A stretch of 64,000 nt of DNA, from contig JAWQFM010000003.1 of NCBI GenBank assembly GCA_033442325.1, positions 535,148-599,147 of the forward strand, given 5' to 3'. Origin of the DNA: Salpingoeca rosetta (taxonomy: Eukaryota > Protista > Choanoflagellata). The notes beneath the pieces were generated by a model, which was given only the letters and a program-made list of their open reading frames with translations, did no database searches and was not told where the DNA came from. The stretch's first letter is position 1. Each line of letters begins with the position of its first letter. Shown in pieces: positions 1 through 14,536 of this stretch. The translations under genes were made by a program, and so were the position numbers.

Positions 1-646
1 ACCTCCTCTGCAGGCCTCTTCGACTAAGCGCACCAGCTGGCATTGCCCCCCATGGCTGCAGCTGCACTTTGCTTGTTGATTGCTCGTTGTTGTCAACCGA
101 CGCCAATACATCTCCACACGTAACAGCATGTCAACCATGAAAGAGAAGGGGAGAGAGAGAGATGGATGGATAGATAGAGAGAGAGAGTGTGTGTGTGTGC
201 GTGTGTGTGGCTGGAACGTCGTGAAGCGTCTGGCGATGTGCGTTTCAGTTGTTTGCCGCAACACCAACAGAACACCACACACGCAGTGCGCATTGCAAAC
301 ACTTGTCCATTCACCGTGTGGTTTTCATTGTGAACGAATTAACAAGAGGGAGAGTGAAGCTAGAAACAACAACAACGACAAGCAAAGAGCAAACAACACA
401 CAAGCAAACAGGCAATGTGCGGAACGCGAGGAGAGGGGGGGGGGGCATTTACACACACAACACACAAGGCACAAGAGTCAACCAACACCCACGCCCTTGT
501 GTTGTCATTTACACGGGGGGGAAGCACAGAAGCAGGCACGAACAGCGAGAAGGGAGGGGGAGGCGGGAGGCGACGAATATGGAGGCGACAACACATCCAA
601 CAGCTTTTCCTTCATACACACACGCACAGAGGTGCATGCAAACACA

Positions 647-729
<83 letters not shown>

Positions 730-828
730 GTGTGTACATACCCCAATTACAACCATACACGGATACACGTCATGTCACAACACATACATCCTTCACAACA
801 CATGCACATGCACACCACACCCCACACA

Positions 829-1107
829 TCATTGGTTGATGAACGAGTACTTGCTGGCAAGGTCGCTCATGAAGGACGTGCTCATGAGATTGCTGCGCTG
901 CGTCTGCAGCTTCAGCGAGTCTTTTCGTGTTAGGCTTGTATTTGTTGATTCTGCGGGCGTCTCGGCGCCATACGGCTCTGGCTCGGGCGGCGGGGACACC
1001 GGCTGCTGGCCGTGCAGGGCGCTGCTTGATGCCTGGCGCGACGATGTCAGCTTCACGCCCTCGCGAATGGCGTTGATCACCTGTTGCAGCCGCACCACCC
1101 ACCTGGT

Positions 1108-1140
<33 letters not shown>

Positions 1141-1157
1141 ACATACACGCACCAAAC

Positions 1158-1223
<66 letters not shown>

Positions 1224-1694
1224 ACGTACGTGTGAGCGATGCATGGATGCATGTACACGATGCGAGTCAACATGCCATATGGACTCAACGCAAGGGCTGT
1301 AGTTGCACAAGGAAATTGTAAAAGCCGTACAAAGCGCAGCAGTCCAGGAACCAACCCAGCACTCTGAACACTGCGCTCGCAAAGAGGGGTGAAACACCCA
1401 GTCAAGCGGCCCCTCACTCCACCTCTTTCTTCCCGCCACAACTCACGCCTGCGTCACTTTCGGGTGGTCTGTCTTGAGCTTGAGGAGGGAGTCGTCCAGC
1501 TGCAGCGAGAAGAGCGTGGGCGATTTGTCCGGCAGCGCAATGGACGCTTTCTGCACGCGTGTGCGTGTCAGCAGCAATGCGCATTGAGAAAGTTGACATG
1601 CACACAGCACACCACACAAACAGCAGCAGCTTGTTGCAGCCAACGACTCATTGGTCGTCACCGCACACATATTACACCTACACGAATGTGTATC

Positions 1695-1742
<48 letters not shown>

Positions 1743-2467
1743 TATGCACACACATATGCACAGACACAAACACAAACACATACACACGCGCGCGCGCAGA
1801 AGCGACGCTCCAACTCAGTGGTTCCAAAACCGAAAACGTACAGAGAGGTTGAACGTGGCCAAGAAAGTTCGGCCAGAGAACTGCTCAATCACAGCTTTGC
1901 TCCCATCAGGGCTCTGCTTCAACACGTAGTATGTGACCTTGGGACCCTTGACCTTCTTCGCACCTGCGAATCGCAATTTCATACATCAATTCAGCACCAT
2001 GAATACAATCATGGGAAAAGGGGGAAAGGAACAGAAAAACAAGGAGGAGAGCGAAGGGGAAGGGAAAGAAAAGGGGAAGGAAGGAAACCTCAACAGCCAA
2101 GGAGAGCATCATGCGCGCGTGTGCGCATTGTGTGTGCTGCAACATGCGTCTGCTCTCGATTGCCTTCAACCCAGCTTCTTAAGAGCCGCTCCAACACATA
2201 GGAAAGAGGAAAGCCCAAGCAAGCCCACATGACACACACACACACACACGACACTCACGACACTCACGACACTCACGACACACACGACACACACACACAC
2301 ACCCGACACTCACGACACTCACGACACACACACACACACACACACCTGACTCACACACACACGACACTCACGACACACACACACACACACACACCTGACG
2401 CGAGGTAGCCTTCCATGACAATCAGCCAGTCTGCCGTCTCTGCAGGGAATGTGAGCATTTGGGACAT
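829..2467 (-). CDS. Small PH-domain protein, 4 exons (approx. 2467-2395, 1962-1840, 1550-1447, 1102-829)
   Basis: Splicing at GT-AG sites gives [114 protein letters not shown].... The N-terminal EGYL strand, the Y-Y-V-L strand and the C-terminal helix with a conserved Trp are PH hallmarks. TGA at 829-831. The start codon is uncertain. Confidence 0.7.
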
Positions 2468-3029
2468 TTGCCCCTGCACCTGCCCACCCGTCTGAGGTTG
2501 GTCAGATCAAGCCATCAAATCAAATCCCCCACCCCCAACAGCATTGACAAGGTGTATGGTCATGACAACACAAGGTGAGCCAATAACAGCGCACTATGGA
2601 GCATCTTCTGTGTCTCCGAAATACATAAATACATGCATCAGAAAGGAGTTTCCGTCGTCAAAAGCATTCACACACACACACACAACACACGCACGCACAT
2701 GCACACAACACACAGCACAACACACGCATGCACATGCACACACGCACGCAACTCCTCATGTGTGTCCACCACGCCATCACCCATCGTCGTCCGTGCCCAC
2801 ACCTCGATCAGCTCGCTCATGTCGCTCTATGGTGATGATGATGATCGGCGTGAATGTTTGTGGCAGACTGAATTCAGTCGATGACACATTCCCACACGCC
2901 AGGCCAAAAAGCAAGCCCAACACCACCTTCAAGGCACAGACAACACAAGCAACGCTGGCTGGCTGGCCACCACCACTTCGTTCCATTCCTGCCTTCCCTT
3001 CAATTCGCCAAGACACACATCAAACCGAC

Positions 3030-3159
<130 letters not shown>

Positions 3160-3183
3160 CGACCACGCGGCGACAACCCGCAA

Positions 3184-5316
3184 ATGGCTGGTGGTGGGCT
3201 GGCGTGCCGGCAATGGAAATGCTTGCTCCTGGTCATCGGCGGTCTGGTCATCGGCGGCTGCTTCCTCACCTTGCACGAGCACATGTCCCAAGGCAGCCGC
3301 GTCACCAGGAACACCATCGCCGTCGCCACCCCTTCAACCCCCACCCCCAGCTTCGCAAACACTCATCTCCAAGTCTCCCCAGGAACAGCAGCTGGCACAC
3401 ACAGCCACAACGACGAAGAAGAAGGAGAAGGAGAAGACGCATCAGAGACAGCTGCAGCAAAGCCATGGAAGCAGCGACTCGAACGACAGCAACATCTCCG
3501 CCAACTGCACCAGCAAGGTCAACGACAGCCCTTGCCCATTGCACCACAGGCCATGCTGCAGCGACTGCACTCAGCACTGCCAGATGATGATGGCAGAATG
3601 GGCGATCGCACCGCTGCGTTGGCTGCAGTGTCGTCGCTGCCTTTGGAAAGCATGCCACCAAAAGTATGCATCCTCGGCAATGCAGAGACCTCCAAGGCTG
3701 CCGTTCGCGTGCACCAAATGTGGGACAGTGCCTTCACATCGTGCTGGTATGTGTGGGACGAGCCCGACCCCAACCCCAACGTACAGCAGCCAGCCAACAT
3801 GCACATCCCGCAGCGGTCCAAGAAGAGCGACTCGCTTCCGTTTGCAGACGGCATCCACCTATGCCTCAAGCACTTGCGCAGTCTCCCCACGGCCACATGT
3901 GACTACTTCTTCACCCATGACGACGACCTGGTCTTTCATCTCGACCCAAACTGGAAGTCAAAGCTGGCTACCTCCTCAATCCCCTTGCCTTGCCAGCAGC
4001 AGCACCAGCAACGCCCCCACAACACAAACACCAACACCGACACCAACACCGACACCGACACAAACACCGACACAAACATCAACATCGCCACCAACACAGT
4101 CGCAAACACCGACGCCAAGAACACCAAGAGCCCTGGCACGCCCAGGTTGCCCGAGGTGCTCACGTGCGTGCTCGCAGCGTTTCAGCCGGCGGTTGCCTCA
4201 TTCCCGTGGGATGTTGGCCTGGACCGGTTCGAAGGCGTCAAGGCCATCGCAGACGCATACGCAGCGCATGCCGTGGCGCCGCTAAGCGGGTTTGACAACG
4301 GCATGGTTGTCTACCACGCGTCCATTGTAGACTTCTTCATCCCCTTTGCCCCGCGTGGCGAGGGCGGATACACAGGCAAGTGGACGCTGGGTGCGCACTT
4401 CCTGCAGCTGTTTGCCCCGGAGGTGTTTGGCGGCCACGCCCTGAGCATCACCGCCCTGCGCTACAACAACACCATCAACCTCGACCTTGTCAGCACCCAG
4501 CGCAAGCGCGCGTCCCGCAAGGTGGTGGGCAACCTCGTCTACCACGAAGGCGTGCGCCACCCGTACGAGTACAAGCTCAACGACAGATACGTCGCCTTCC
4601 TCGGCACGGGCATGAAGCAGCCCACCGCCCGCACGGGTCGCGACCTCACCCCTGCAGACGTCCCATCGCCAGCGCGCGGCAGCGCGTCGCTGTACACGCC
4701 GCCGTGGGTGGTGGCCCGCATCAACGCCTTTTACGACCTGCGCAGCGAAGCGCTGGGAAACAACGCGTACCTCGCCGCACAGCCGCGCCAGCTGCTGGTC
4801 AAGGCCATCGCTGAGACGCCGATCCACGTCGCCGTGCACATGTTCGTGTACGAGCGCATGGACCTGTTTGAGCAGGTGTGGGCGGACCTGAACGGCGCCA
4901 TCGTGCCCTCAGCAGCCATTGGCCAGCCGGGCGTCTCGTTCACCATCCACATCCACTACGACAACCACAACCTGCAACACCTTGATGCGCTGCTGGGCCT
5001 GCGCTCAAAGCTTGGGCCCGTGCACGTCTCCCCACGCGTCCAGCACGCCGGGCTGCGCACCAACATCCTGGAAAGCGGCGCCGCGGCGCACGCAGACACG
5101 TTCTTCCTCATGCTTGAAGACGACCTGCGGCTGTCGCGATGGGCACTCGTGTACACGGTGGCCGCCATTCGTGGCGCGTTCTACACCCCGAGCCCGCCCT
5201 CTCCCTGGCTCATTGGCGTCTCCCTGTATGCACAGGTGTTCTCCGAGGCCGCGGAGGACTTCCTGTTTGACGTGGCTCTGCCGCAGCACGACAGCAACAC
5301 CACAAGCAGCAGCAGC

Positions 5317-5402
<86 letters not shown>

Positions 5403-7050
5403 ACAAGGGGAGGGTGATGCTGGCCTGTCCATGTTCTTGTGGCAGCAGCCGCAGAGCTGGGGCGCTGTGTATCATGGCATGGCATGGACACGGTTTGTCA
5501 AGTGGTACCGTGCACAGTCGAGTCAGAGCAGCAGTGGTACGGCAACAAGCGACAGCGAGTTTCTTGTGCCGTGCTCCTTCACCAACCGCTGGCCCGCCAC
5601 CACCAGCTGGAAGAAGGCATTGGTTCGCTTCATGGCGGAGAACAACCTCCGCCTTCTCTACCCTCGATTGCCGCACCGCCTCTCCTTCGCCGTCAACTCG
5701 CTTGGCATTGGCGTCAACGATCGTGCAAAGGCACAAAGCGCAGCGCGGAAGCGGCTGGAAGACCGCTTGCTCCTGCACGCGATTGAGGACAGGCACCTCC
5801 CACTCGTCCTCGACACCAACGCGTTCCCATCACCATCGTCGTCATCGTCATCGTTGTCTTCTTCTTCGCATGATGACGGTGCAGCTGCTGCTGCTGTGGT
5901 GTCTCCCACCATCAACAACGACCGCAACAGGGCCGTGGCGCTGGCTTTTGCAGAGCGCGTGACGCAGACGCGCATGGCAGCGTTGCCTGTGGTGCCAGTC
6001 ACCGGCACGCTCATGCAGCCGTCATCATCGTCATCATCATCGTCATCATCATCGTCATCATCAACAGCAGCAGCAGCAGCATCGCCGTCACTGTCATCGC
6101 CGATTGAGTTGTGTGAGGGCTCCAAGGTGGATGCGTTTGATGCGTGCACCATCCTCTTCCACGCACACACACGCAGTGCTGGCGAGAATGCGGATGCGGT
6201 GCGGCGCTGGACAAACTGGAAGCGCTCTGGGGCTGTGCTGGTCATTGGTTCCGCTGACACCATCGCTGACCTGGAGGCTGAGCTCGGCGCGAAACTGCCG
6301 CCACGTGTGCAGCTGTTCAAGTACGAGGGCGGGAGCATGGGCATGGCGGACGCGTGGTTCCTGCTGTCGCCCGACCTGATGCAAGCGCTGCATGGCACCA
6401 AGCATGATTGCACCATCTTGCATGACGACGAGGCAGCGTTCACCATCGCCGATGCCACATACGCGCGCGGCACGTGGCAGGGCCACTTCTTCGACAACAT
6501 TGTCGGGCTGTCGTACCTGTCCCGCGCTCACGAGCACAAGACTGCAGCGGGGAGCGAGCAGTGGTCCGTGATTCGCCGAAGCACGCACGCCGTGTCGCTG
6601 CTGCTGCCCGGGGCGCTGGTTGTGCACAAGCGGCACCTGTTTGAGCTCAGGGAGCAGCACGCCGGGTGGATCAGGGAGCATGCGTCGTGCGGTGGCATGA
6701 TGCTCAACGCGTTTGTTGCACAGCGCCGCAGCAGCGCGTGCCCCGTGGTGGTGTGGCGTTGGCTGACTCCCGACGAAAAGTCGGAGCTTCCAAGACGCAG
6801 CTACGAGCAGCCATCCTTCCTGGAAGCCCAGAGCAAATGCCTCACCCTCGCCATGGACAGGCTCGCCAAACATGCAGCTGCTGCTGCTGTCGCTGCAGCG
6901 ACCGCGGAAGATAACGGCGGGCAGGGTGGTGGCGTGCACCGAGTGCGCCTGGAGTACACCATGGCTGCAGCCGACCCGAAGCGGAGCTACGGCTCCTCCA
7001 CACGCTTTGCAGGACGCACCTTCCTCAAGTGCTCTGCCACGTCTGAATAG
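3184..7050 (+). CDS. Intronless type II membrane multi-domain glycosyltransferase (two GT-A-type DxD domains plus a C-terminal GT64/EXTL-like domain)
   Basis: ATG at 3184 follows a (CA)n tract. N-terminal TM anchor CLLLVIGGLVIGGCFLTL. Domain 1 has DYFFTHDDDLVF. Domain 2 has FLMLEDDLRLS, GVSLY, QSWGAVY and SWKKALVRFM..LLYP. Domain 3 has ILHDDE..W..FDNIVG..RAH..SLLLPGALVVHK..C..MMLN..SKC, which resembles Glyco_transf_64. TAG at 7048-7050. Confidence 0.8.
5317..5400 (+). repeat. (AAC)28 coding microsatellite (poly-Asn) inside the glycosyltransferase
   Basis: Perfect in-frame AAC run. Confidence 0.95.
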
Positions 7051-7186
7051 CCGCAACACCTGAATCGCTGGGATGCGTGTGCACGGTGTGGTTGCTGTTG
7101 TTTGCTGTTGCGCAACTGTTCCTGTTATTAGTGTTGAGTAGGATGCACTCGGGCAGGATAGGAGTCGACATGGTTGAATTGTGGTG

Positions 7187-7228
<42 letters not shown>

Positions 7229-7575
7229 TATTGAACAACAGGTGCGCCTGATGTAGGTTTGCGTGAAGCTTCTCTGTTATTTGGTCTGAGAAACGAAATG
7301 AAACTCTTAAGCGCACATGCAGAATTCCAACAACAGCCAGACACAGGCTCACAACACTTCGATACAAAGAGTCGTAAAGCACGCGACGATGACGCACGAA
7401 CAATTACAAACACAACGGCACACATAACAACGGCATCATGTTCCAAGAAAAACAAATAGGGTTGTGGTGGTGCAAGCGCAGAGCAGCACGAAATGACACA
7501 CGACACACTGAAAATGACAACCAAACGCAACAAGCACGAAGTATCCAGCACCCAGCTCGCCACTGGTGCTGTCGG

Positions 7576-7775
7576 CTACTCGTCATCGCTCATGTCGTCC
7601 TCGATGGGGTCTGCACTCCCTTCATCGCCGTCGCCGCTGCTTGTCAAGTCCATCTGCAGCATCAACGACCGCTTGGCACGACGGTGCCGCGACAGCTGAG
7701 CGTGTGTGCGTGCGTGTGTGTGCGTGCGTGTGTGTGTGTGTGTGTGTTTGTGTGCGTGCGTGTGCATGCGTGTGC

Positions 7776-7835
<60 letters not shown>

Positions 7836-8215
7836 TGTGAGGGAGAGAAGAGAGAGACTTGGGGAGAGCGTCGCACAGGCAGAGGGACAGAGGGGGAGAA
7901 CACATGCACGCACGCACGCACGCACGCGCAAGTGCATTGGAATATAACGACCGACCGAATCACCCGAGCACAACAGCGAACCAAACCACCATCAACTGTC
8001 CACATCCTTGATGTTGTACCTTCGTGGGTGGCTCGTCTTCCTCATGCTCATCCATGGCATCACCATCGTCATCGTCGACAATGGGGTCTTCCTCAAGAAC
8101 GGGGCGGCGACGCGTTGTCTTGGCTGTAATGTAATCAGCAGGACCAAAGCAGCACATATCAGTGAGCATCGTAACACATAACGCACAGGTCACGGCAAGG
8201 ACGTCACGCGCACCC

Positions 8216-8306
<91 letters not shown>

Positions 8307-8405
8307 CGAACCTTGCTTGACAGGAGAAATCCAGTCGTCTTCTGTGTCATCTCCATCTGCGCCCTCCAAATGCGTCTGCTTTAAGTTGCCCCAATATGAC
8401 TTGAG

Positions 8406-8482
<77 letters not shown>

Positions 8483-8805
8483 TGAGTGAGTGAGAGAGAC
8501 GCAGAGGGACAAGGTAGGTGCAGGATAGGTTGCACAAACTGAAACACGTCACACAGCCGTCAACACATTACACTTCCACGCCAGCCAGAGAGACCCTGCA
8601 ACACCGTACAGTCATACAATACGGCAAGGAATGACTAAAGGACGCAAAGACCAACACAAACCTGGGTTGGCAAGTTGACTTGAGTCCTCCACATCCTCAA
8701 TGCTCTCGTCAGCTGCGCGCCGCTTTGCACCGCCAGAACGGCGACGGCGCGATCCTTTCTTCGCCGACGCCGTCGGGGTGCGCCGCTTCCGGTCTGCTCA
8801 TCAGT

Positions 8806-8872
<67 letters not shown>

Positions 8873-9613
8873 TGTGTGAGTGTGTGAGTGTGTGAGTGTG
8901 TGTGTATGTGAAGTTGGGGACAGTTGCTTCCTTTGCTTCCTCATGTCAAACACATGCGGGTGGAACAGCACCATTACAGCCGTCAACCACCTCCATCACC
9001 ACATACTTGAGCCGGGCGTCTTGGGCATGTTGCGTTTGCCAGAGAGCGTGTTGCACAGCAACGTGTAGGGCACCCACTCCTCTGTCTCCTGTGGGTGCAA
9101 CTGGCGCATGTCTACAACATTGCTCAAGTAATCGCGCAGCTTTGTTTTGTCCTGCAAAACGACAAACACACACACAACCAAGCGCAAAACCCAATGACGC
9201 GTGAGCACAAACCGCCTCGCAAAATGCACGAAACGAAACGCACTCGATGCAGATAAACCCCTTGAGCACACACACAAGACCACACACACAAGACCACACA
9301 CAAACACACACACACAGAAGGGAAGTGTAGATGTACAGAGCATACGCTACGCTCGAAAAAGTGTTCACACGATACCTGAGCAGCAAGCTTCATGGTAAAC
9401 TCCTTGACCACTTCCAGGAAGGGAAGGTTGGTAGGCACACCTCCCTCATCTGCAGCCGCAAGTGCAAAGGAGATGCCGCGACTACCAGCGGGGAACGAGG
9501 TGGCAGATGATATTCGAATCAAATGGCGTGAGCAAGGAAGCAAATGTGCACAGCCATCGATACGACGTCAGACTTTCACAACCAAGCTTCACAAGCAGTC
9601 ACACAAACACGCA

Positions 9614-9645
<32 letters not shown>

Positions 9646-12600
9646 CAGAGTAACATGCACAAATGTACACACACACTCAGTCACTGCCTCACATACGTGT
9701 GCAAGTTGACAATTTCCTGGCGATAGCGCTTGTGCTCGATGCCAAACGTCAATGCCAACCGCTTGGCAACTTCTCGCATGTCTTCCGTCACCTCCTGCTC
9801 CTCTTGGTACCACTGCACCCGCAGACACCATGTAGTTCTTGATATGAGACGCAACGAGGAGACTGGGGTCACCTAAAGTATCAAGGCTTCATTGCCCTTC
9901 GCAAACACGCACACATGCACGCTCGCACACGCACAACGCATGCACGCCACACAAACGCATGCCCACACGTCACACATGTGCGTGCACATGCAAAAGTGAC
10001 ACCTGCTTGAGGCCCTCGATGAGAAGTTGGCTGTAGGCGCGCTTGTCGTTGGTGCGGATGGACGCCAGCGTCGCCTTGAGCAACGGCGTCACGTCATCCT
10101 GTACCAGCGCAACGCCACAGCACCATATTGTTCGTATCAGAACACGGGCAGGTGGAGATGGATGAGGAAGAGGAAGAGAGGAAGAGAGGAAGAGGTGGTG
10201 GCGGTGGTGGTAGCGGACGAGATTATGCGCAGGTACACACTCACTGACACACTCCCTGACACGACAATGGTTTGCCAACCCAACTTGACATGCAGTCGCA
10301 CCTCCAGGTAGAAGCGGAGAAGGGGGCCCATGTTGCTTGGAGAGATGGCATTGACGGCCACGAGACGGCAGAAGCACGTCAAAATGTCCTTGCGAACCTC
10401 AATCTCATCTGCTCAGCATCAAACGCACAAGTGTGTGTGTGTGTGTGTGTGTGAATAAGCCAGCTGCCCGCCGTTGGGAACCAACCCATACACAACTGCG
10501 AACGCCACAAACACGAAGAAAAAAAACACACACACACACACAAGCATCAAAACAACCACATACATGTGACTCACACAGACGTACCCACACAAGCACGCAC
10601 ACAAGCAAACAAGTACCTTGCTGCTTGAAGCGCTGGGCAACGTCGGCATCTTCGGGAATGGTTGGCACGCCTGCGCGGAGAACATCGGTGACAAAGGAGA
10701 GCGCCTTCTCTTGCGTGGACGGTTTGGGCACAAACGACCACGTCACCGCTGTTGCCGCTGTCGCCTCTGCAAGGGCGCTTGGTGTGGCTGCGTAGAGATA
10801 CACGACGTGCGAGATGAGCTGCAGAGCGGCAACCTTGACATCCTTCGTGCCAATGCCCAGCAGGGTGGAAGCGGCCTTCACCAGGCGGTCGCGCGTGCGC
10901 ACGTGGGCCACAAGCAGCTCCTAGCACACCCGCAACAGCACGAGCATGAGTGTGTAATTGTGAACGCAAATGTGTTTGTGGATGCGAACGTGAACGTAAT
11001 TTGCATATGTGAACGTCAACGTGATTGTGTGTGTGTGTGATTGTGATTGTGATTGTGATTGTGATTGTGATTGTGATTGTGAACGTAACTTGCGTATGTG
11101 TGTGAGGCGAGGAAGAGATGGAGGAGCGGGTGGAGAAATAAAAGGACAAGGAGGGAGAAGGAAGAGAAGGGAGCGCATTGCATGCATGTCAAACTGTCAC
11201 GCACACGCTGCAAGCACACCGGACCTCATCTGGGGTGTCCTCGTCTGTCAAGTGCTCAATGTCACAGGCAAGAACAAACAGCGACAAGTCCAGCGCGGAG
11301 CAGAGCGTCTGCAATAGTGTGGATGGCATAATTCGCAGTGAGAAACGTGCCGTTGTACATCAACCGCAACAACAGTATGCACCAAAAGAACGCGCACACA
11401 CGCACACGCATATATTCACTCACATGCACAAGCACACGCACATATATTCACACACATGCACAACCACACACGCACACACACACCAACCTCGGAGAGGACG
11501 GCCTGGGATGCGGCTGCCTCAAGCACTTTCGCGATGGGCGCAGCGAGACGCAGGGACTGCACGTCATACGATCTATGAACAAAACACAACAGCGGGACAA
11601 TGCACAAGAGAGCAAGCAAGCACACGACACGTGAGTTCAACGACCAGAATGTGTGGGGAAGAAGACGAAACCACATCAACGCACAAACGCATCAACCACC
11701 CCACCACCCAACAAACTGACGGAAACACTTCACACTCATCCAGGTTTTTCACCTTCATCTTCTCTCCCCCGCCCCCAACACGCACACACACACACACGCA
11801 CACACGCACACGCACACACGCACACGCACACACACTACCAATGCGACATACTCTGCATATGCGCGGAGCCGGGCCATGCACGCAGTGAGCCTGTAGCCTT
11901 CCTCGCTCTTGGTCTCGTCTTCATCATCGTCCTAACCAAAACCGGGGGCGAGCAGACAGTTGAGTCACACATGAGCACAAGGAAGGGCACACAAACACTG
12001 TTTCACACACACTCACTTCCATGAACACACGTGAGCACAGGCAAAGACACAATCAAACTCATAAACAAACCTCTGGCACTTCAATATCGATGATGGTGTG
12101 CAACGTCTTGCAGACTTGATCCGTGATTTGCTCCACAAATGTTTCCTGTCCAAGTTGTCATTTGGTGTGAGCACGCGTGCCGACTCAACTCCTCGCACAC
12201 AAGAGCGCGCGCACACACACACACACATACGCTTACCCATGCACATTCAAACACGCACTGACGTGAAACATGCATTCACTCACGTGAACATACACATGAG
12301 CATACATTCGCCCTCGCACATACACATGCAGATGCGCAAACAACCCCACAGACAAAGTGGCAGCAGCCTACCGCTTCCGTGGCCAGCGCAAGTTCGGAGG
12401 ACGTGAAGAAGTAGAAGGAGGACATGCACTCGTGCAACAGGTTTGAGTCTGTGTGTAGCAGACAAATGTCTCGGAGGATGGTAAGGGTGCGCGTGAGCAC
12501 CTCTGGATGCTGTGTGTACATGTCCATCTCAAAGTACTGCGGGATCTGCACCAGCGCCCGCGACTTTGGCGCATCCGCAGCAAACTGGACCAAAAACAGT

Positions 12601-13046
12601 TGTATGAAATGAGGCAGAGGGGCCACGAGTGGCAACAACGGCGGTTGATAGTTGTGTGAGTAGAAATAAGGACGAGGTCACACACACACAACAAAACAAA
12701 ACACAACCAACACACACACGCACACACAGCACGAAAGAACACACACACACAACACGACAGAACACGACAACACGACAGAACAGAACAGAACAGAACACAC
12801 ACACAGTCCAAAACACAACACACACACGCACAAATACAAGACCCGACGCACCTTTGACAAGAGACCGGGGAGGGGCTTGAGGAACGCCTTTGTGACGTCT
12901 TGCACCGCAGCATCGGCTTCCTTCTGCTTCACTTTCTCGTCGCGGAAGTTTCCTTCACCTGCATGGCGTGAGCACCACAGAAGGGGGCTGAGCTTGTGTA
13001 CACTTGTATGCGCAGAGAAAGAGCAAATGCACGCGCACGACACATG

Positions 13047-13091
<45 letters not shown>

Positions 13092-14453
13092 TCACACACA
13101 CGCACACACACACACACATACATACACACAGAGCACTCGCACACATGATTTCAAGGCATTGTCCCAGCGCACGAACCTGTTGCGCGCTTGATGGCGCCAA
13201 CAAGAAGCTCGGCCAAGATGACTTCTTCCGCAGATGCAAGGCGCGTGTCTGCAAGCCACAATGTACACACACAATGCACCCAGACAAACGTGCGCGTACA
13301 GATAAAACCGTGAGTGCATGCGTGTCGTGCGTGTATGTGCGCCGGTTGGTGCTGTTGGGACAGCGAGCAGCATGACTACAAATGTGAGCAGGCATCTGCG
13401 AGCATCAAAAAAAAAAAAAAAAAAAAAGGCAAACCAAACACACGCACCAGTGAAGCCCTGGTCTTCGTCCTTGTCAATGTTGTTGTCCTGCTCCAACAGA
13501 TCAACGTACGTCGACCATGACTGGACACAAGCCCCCACACACGTGCACGCACACAAGCACACGCACACGCAAAGGAAACAAATGAGATTCGCTTTGGATG
13601 CGTTGATCCGCTCTTCAAACACAACCAAACCAGGAGCACACACGCGCACACACGCACACACGCACACACACGCGCACCCCCCCCCCACACACACACACAC
13701 ACGCGCACATACGCACAAATACGCACACACGCACATACGCACACGCATGCAACGCACAGAGAGAGCAAACTCACGTGAATGGCGGGGAGATGGTCCCAAA
13801 CGGCATCGACAAAGAGCCCGTAGCGCTCCGAGCCGTGGTTGTCACCGTACTGCGCAATAAAGCGAACGATCGTTTGGATCAAGAGGCGAAGCTCGTGCTC
13901 CTGGAACCGGTTTCAAAAGCAATGGCGCGTGCATGGTGTGAGAGACGGGCAGAAAACGGGAGCGACAAAATTTACACAGTCGAAGACACACACACACGCA
14001 CACGCACACGCACATACACACAGAGAGATGTGCAGTAGCAAGACCTCGTCGTGCTCATCCTCGGCGCAGAGCTCCTGCAGCTGCGCAATCAGCGTGTGCA
14101 CAAGGTGCGCCCCAGCCTGTACATGCACACAATAACAACACATCGTTTTGTAGTGAGCGAAAGCAGGCCGTCTAGCTCCACTATTGAGTGAGAGCTGAGC
14201 CACACAGCACGCCTGCAAGCACACACACACACACGTACAAGCACGCATGCATGCATGCGCACCTGTCTGGCAACAGCTGGGTTAGCAGCAAAGCAGAGGG
14301 CCCAGGGCCGCTTTGTTTCTTCCTCGGCGAGGCGGCCACGTGAGTAGAGCTGCATCATCAGCGAGATGATGCGCGAAACCACCGTGTCGCTCGTATCTTG
14401 TAGCATGAACAGCAACCGATTCTGCGCAAGGAAGGCGTCGCGCGTGATGGAGG

Positions 14454-14536
<83 letters not shown>

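Noticed and set aside
1-53. Possible start of a minus-strand gene at the window edge
   Set aside because: Too short to support; one ATG frame stops after nine codons
80-1441. Long ORFs rich in HTHTHT/CVCVCV, here and throughout the window
   Set aside because: They are translations of (CA)n/(GT)n microsatellites in introns or intergenic DNA, not proteins
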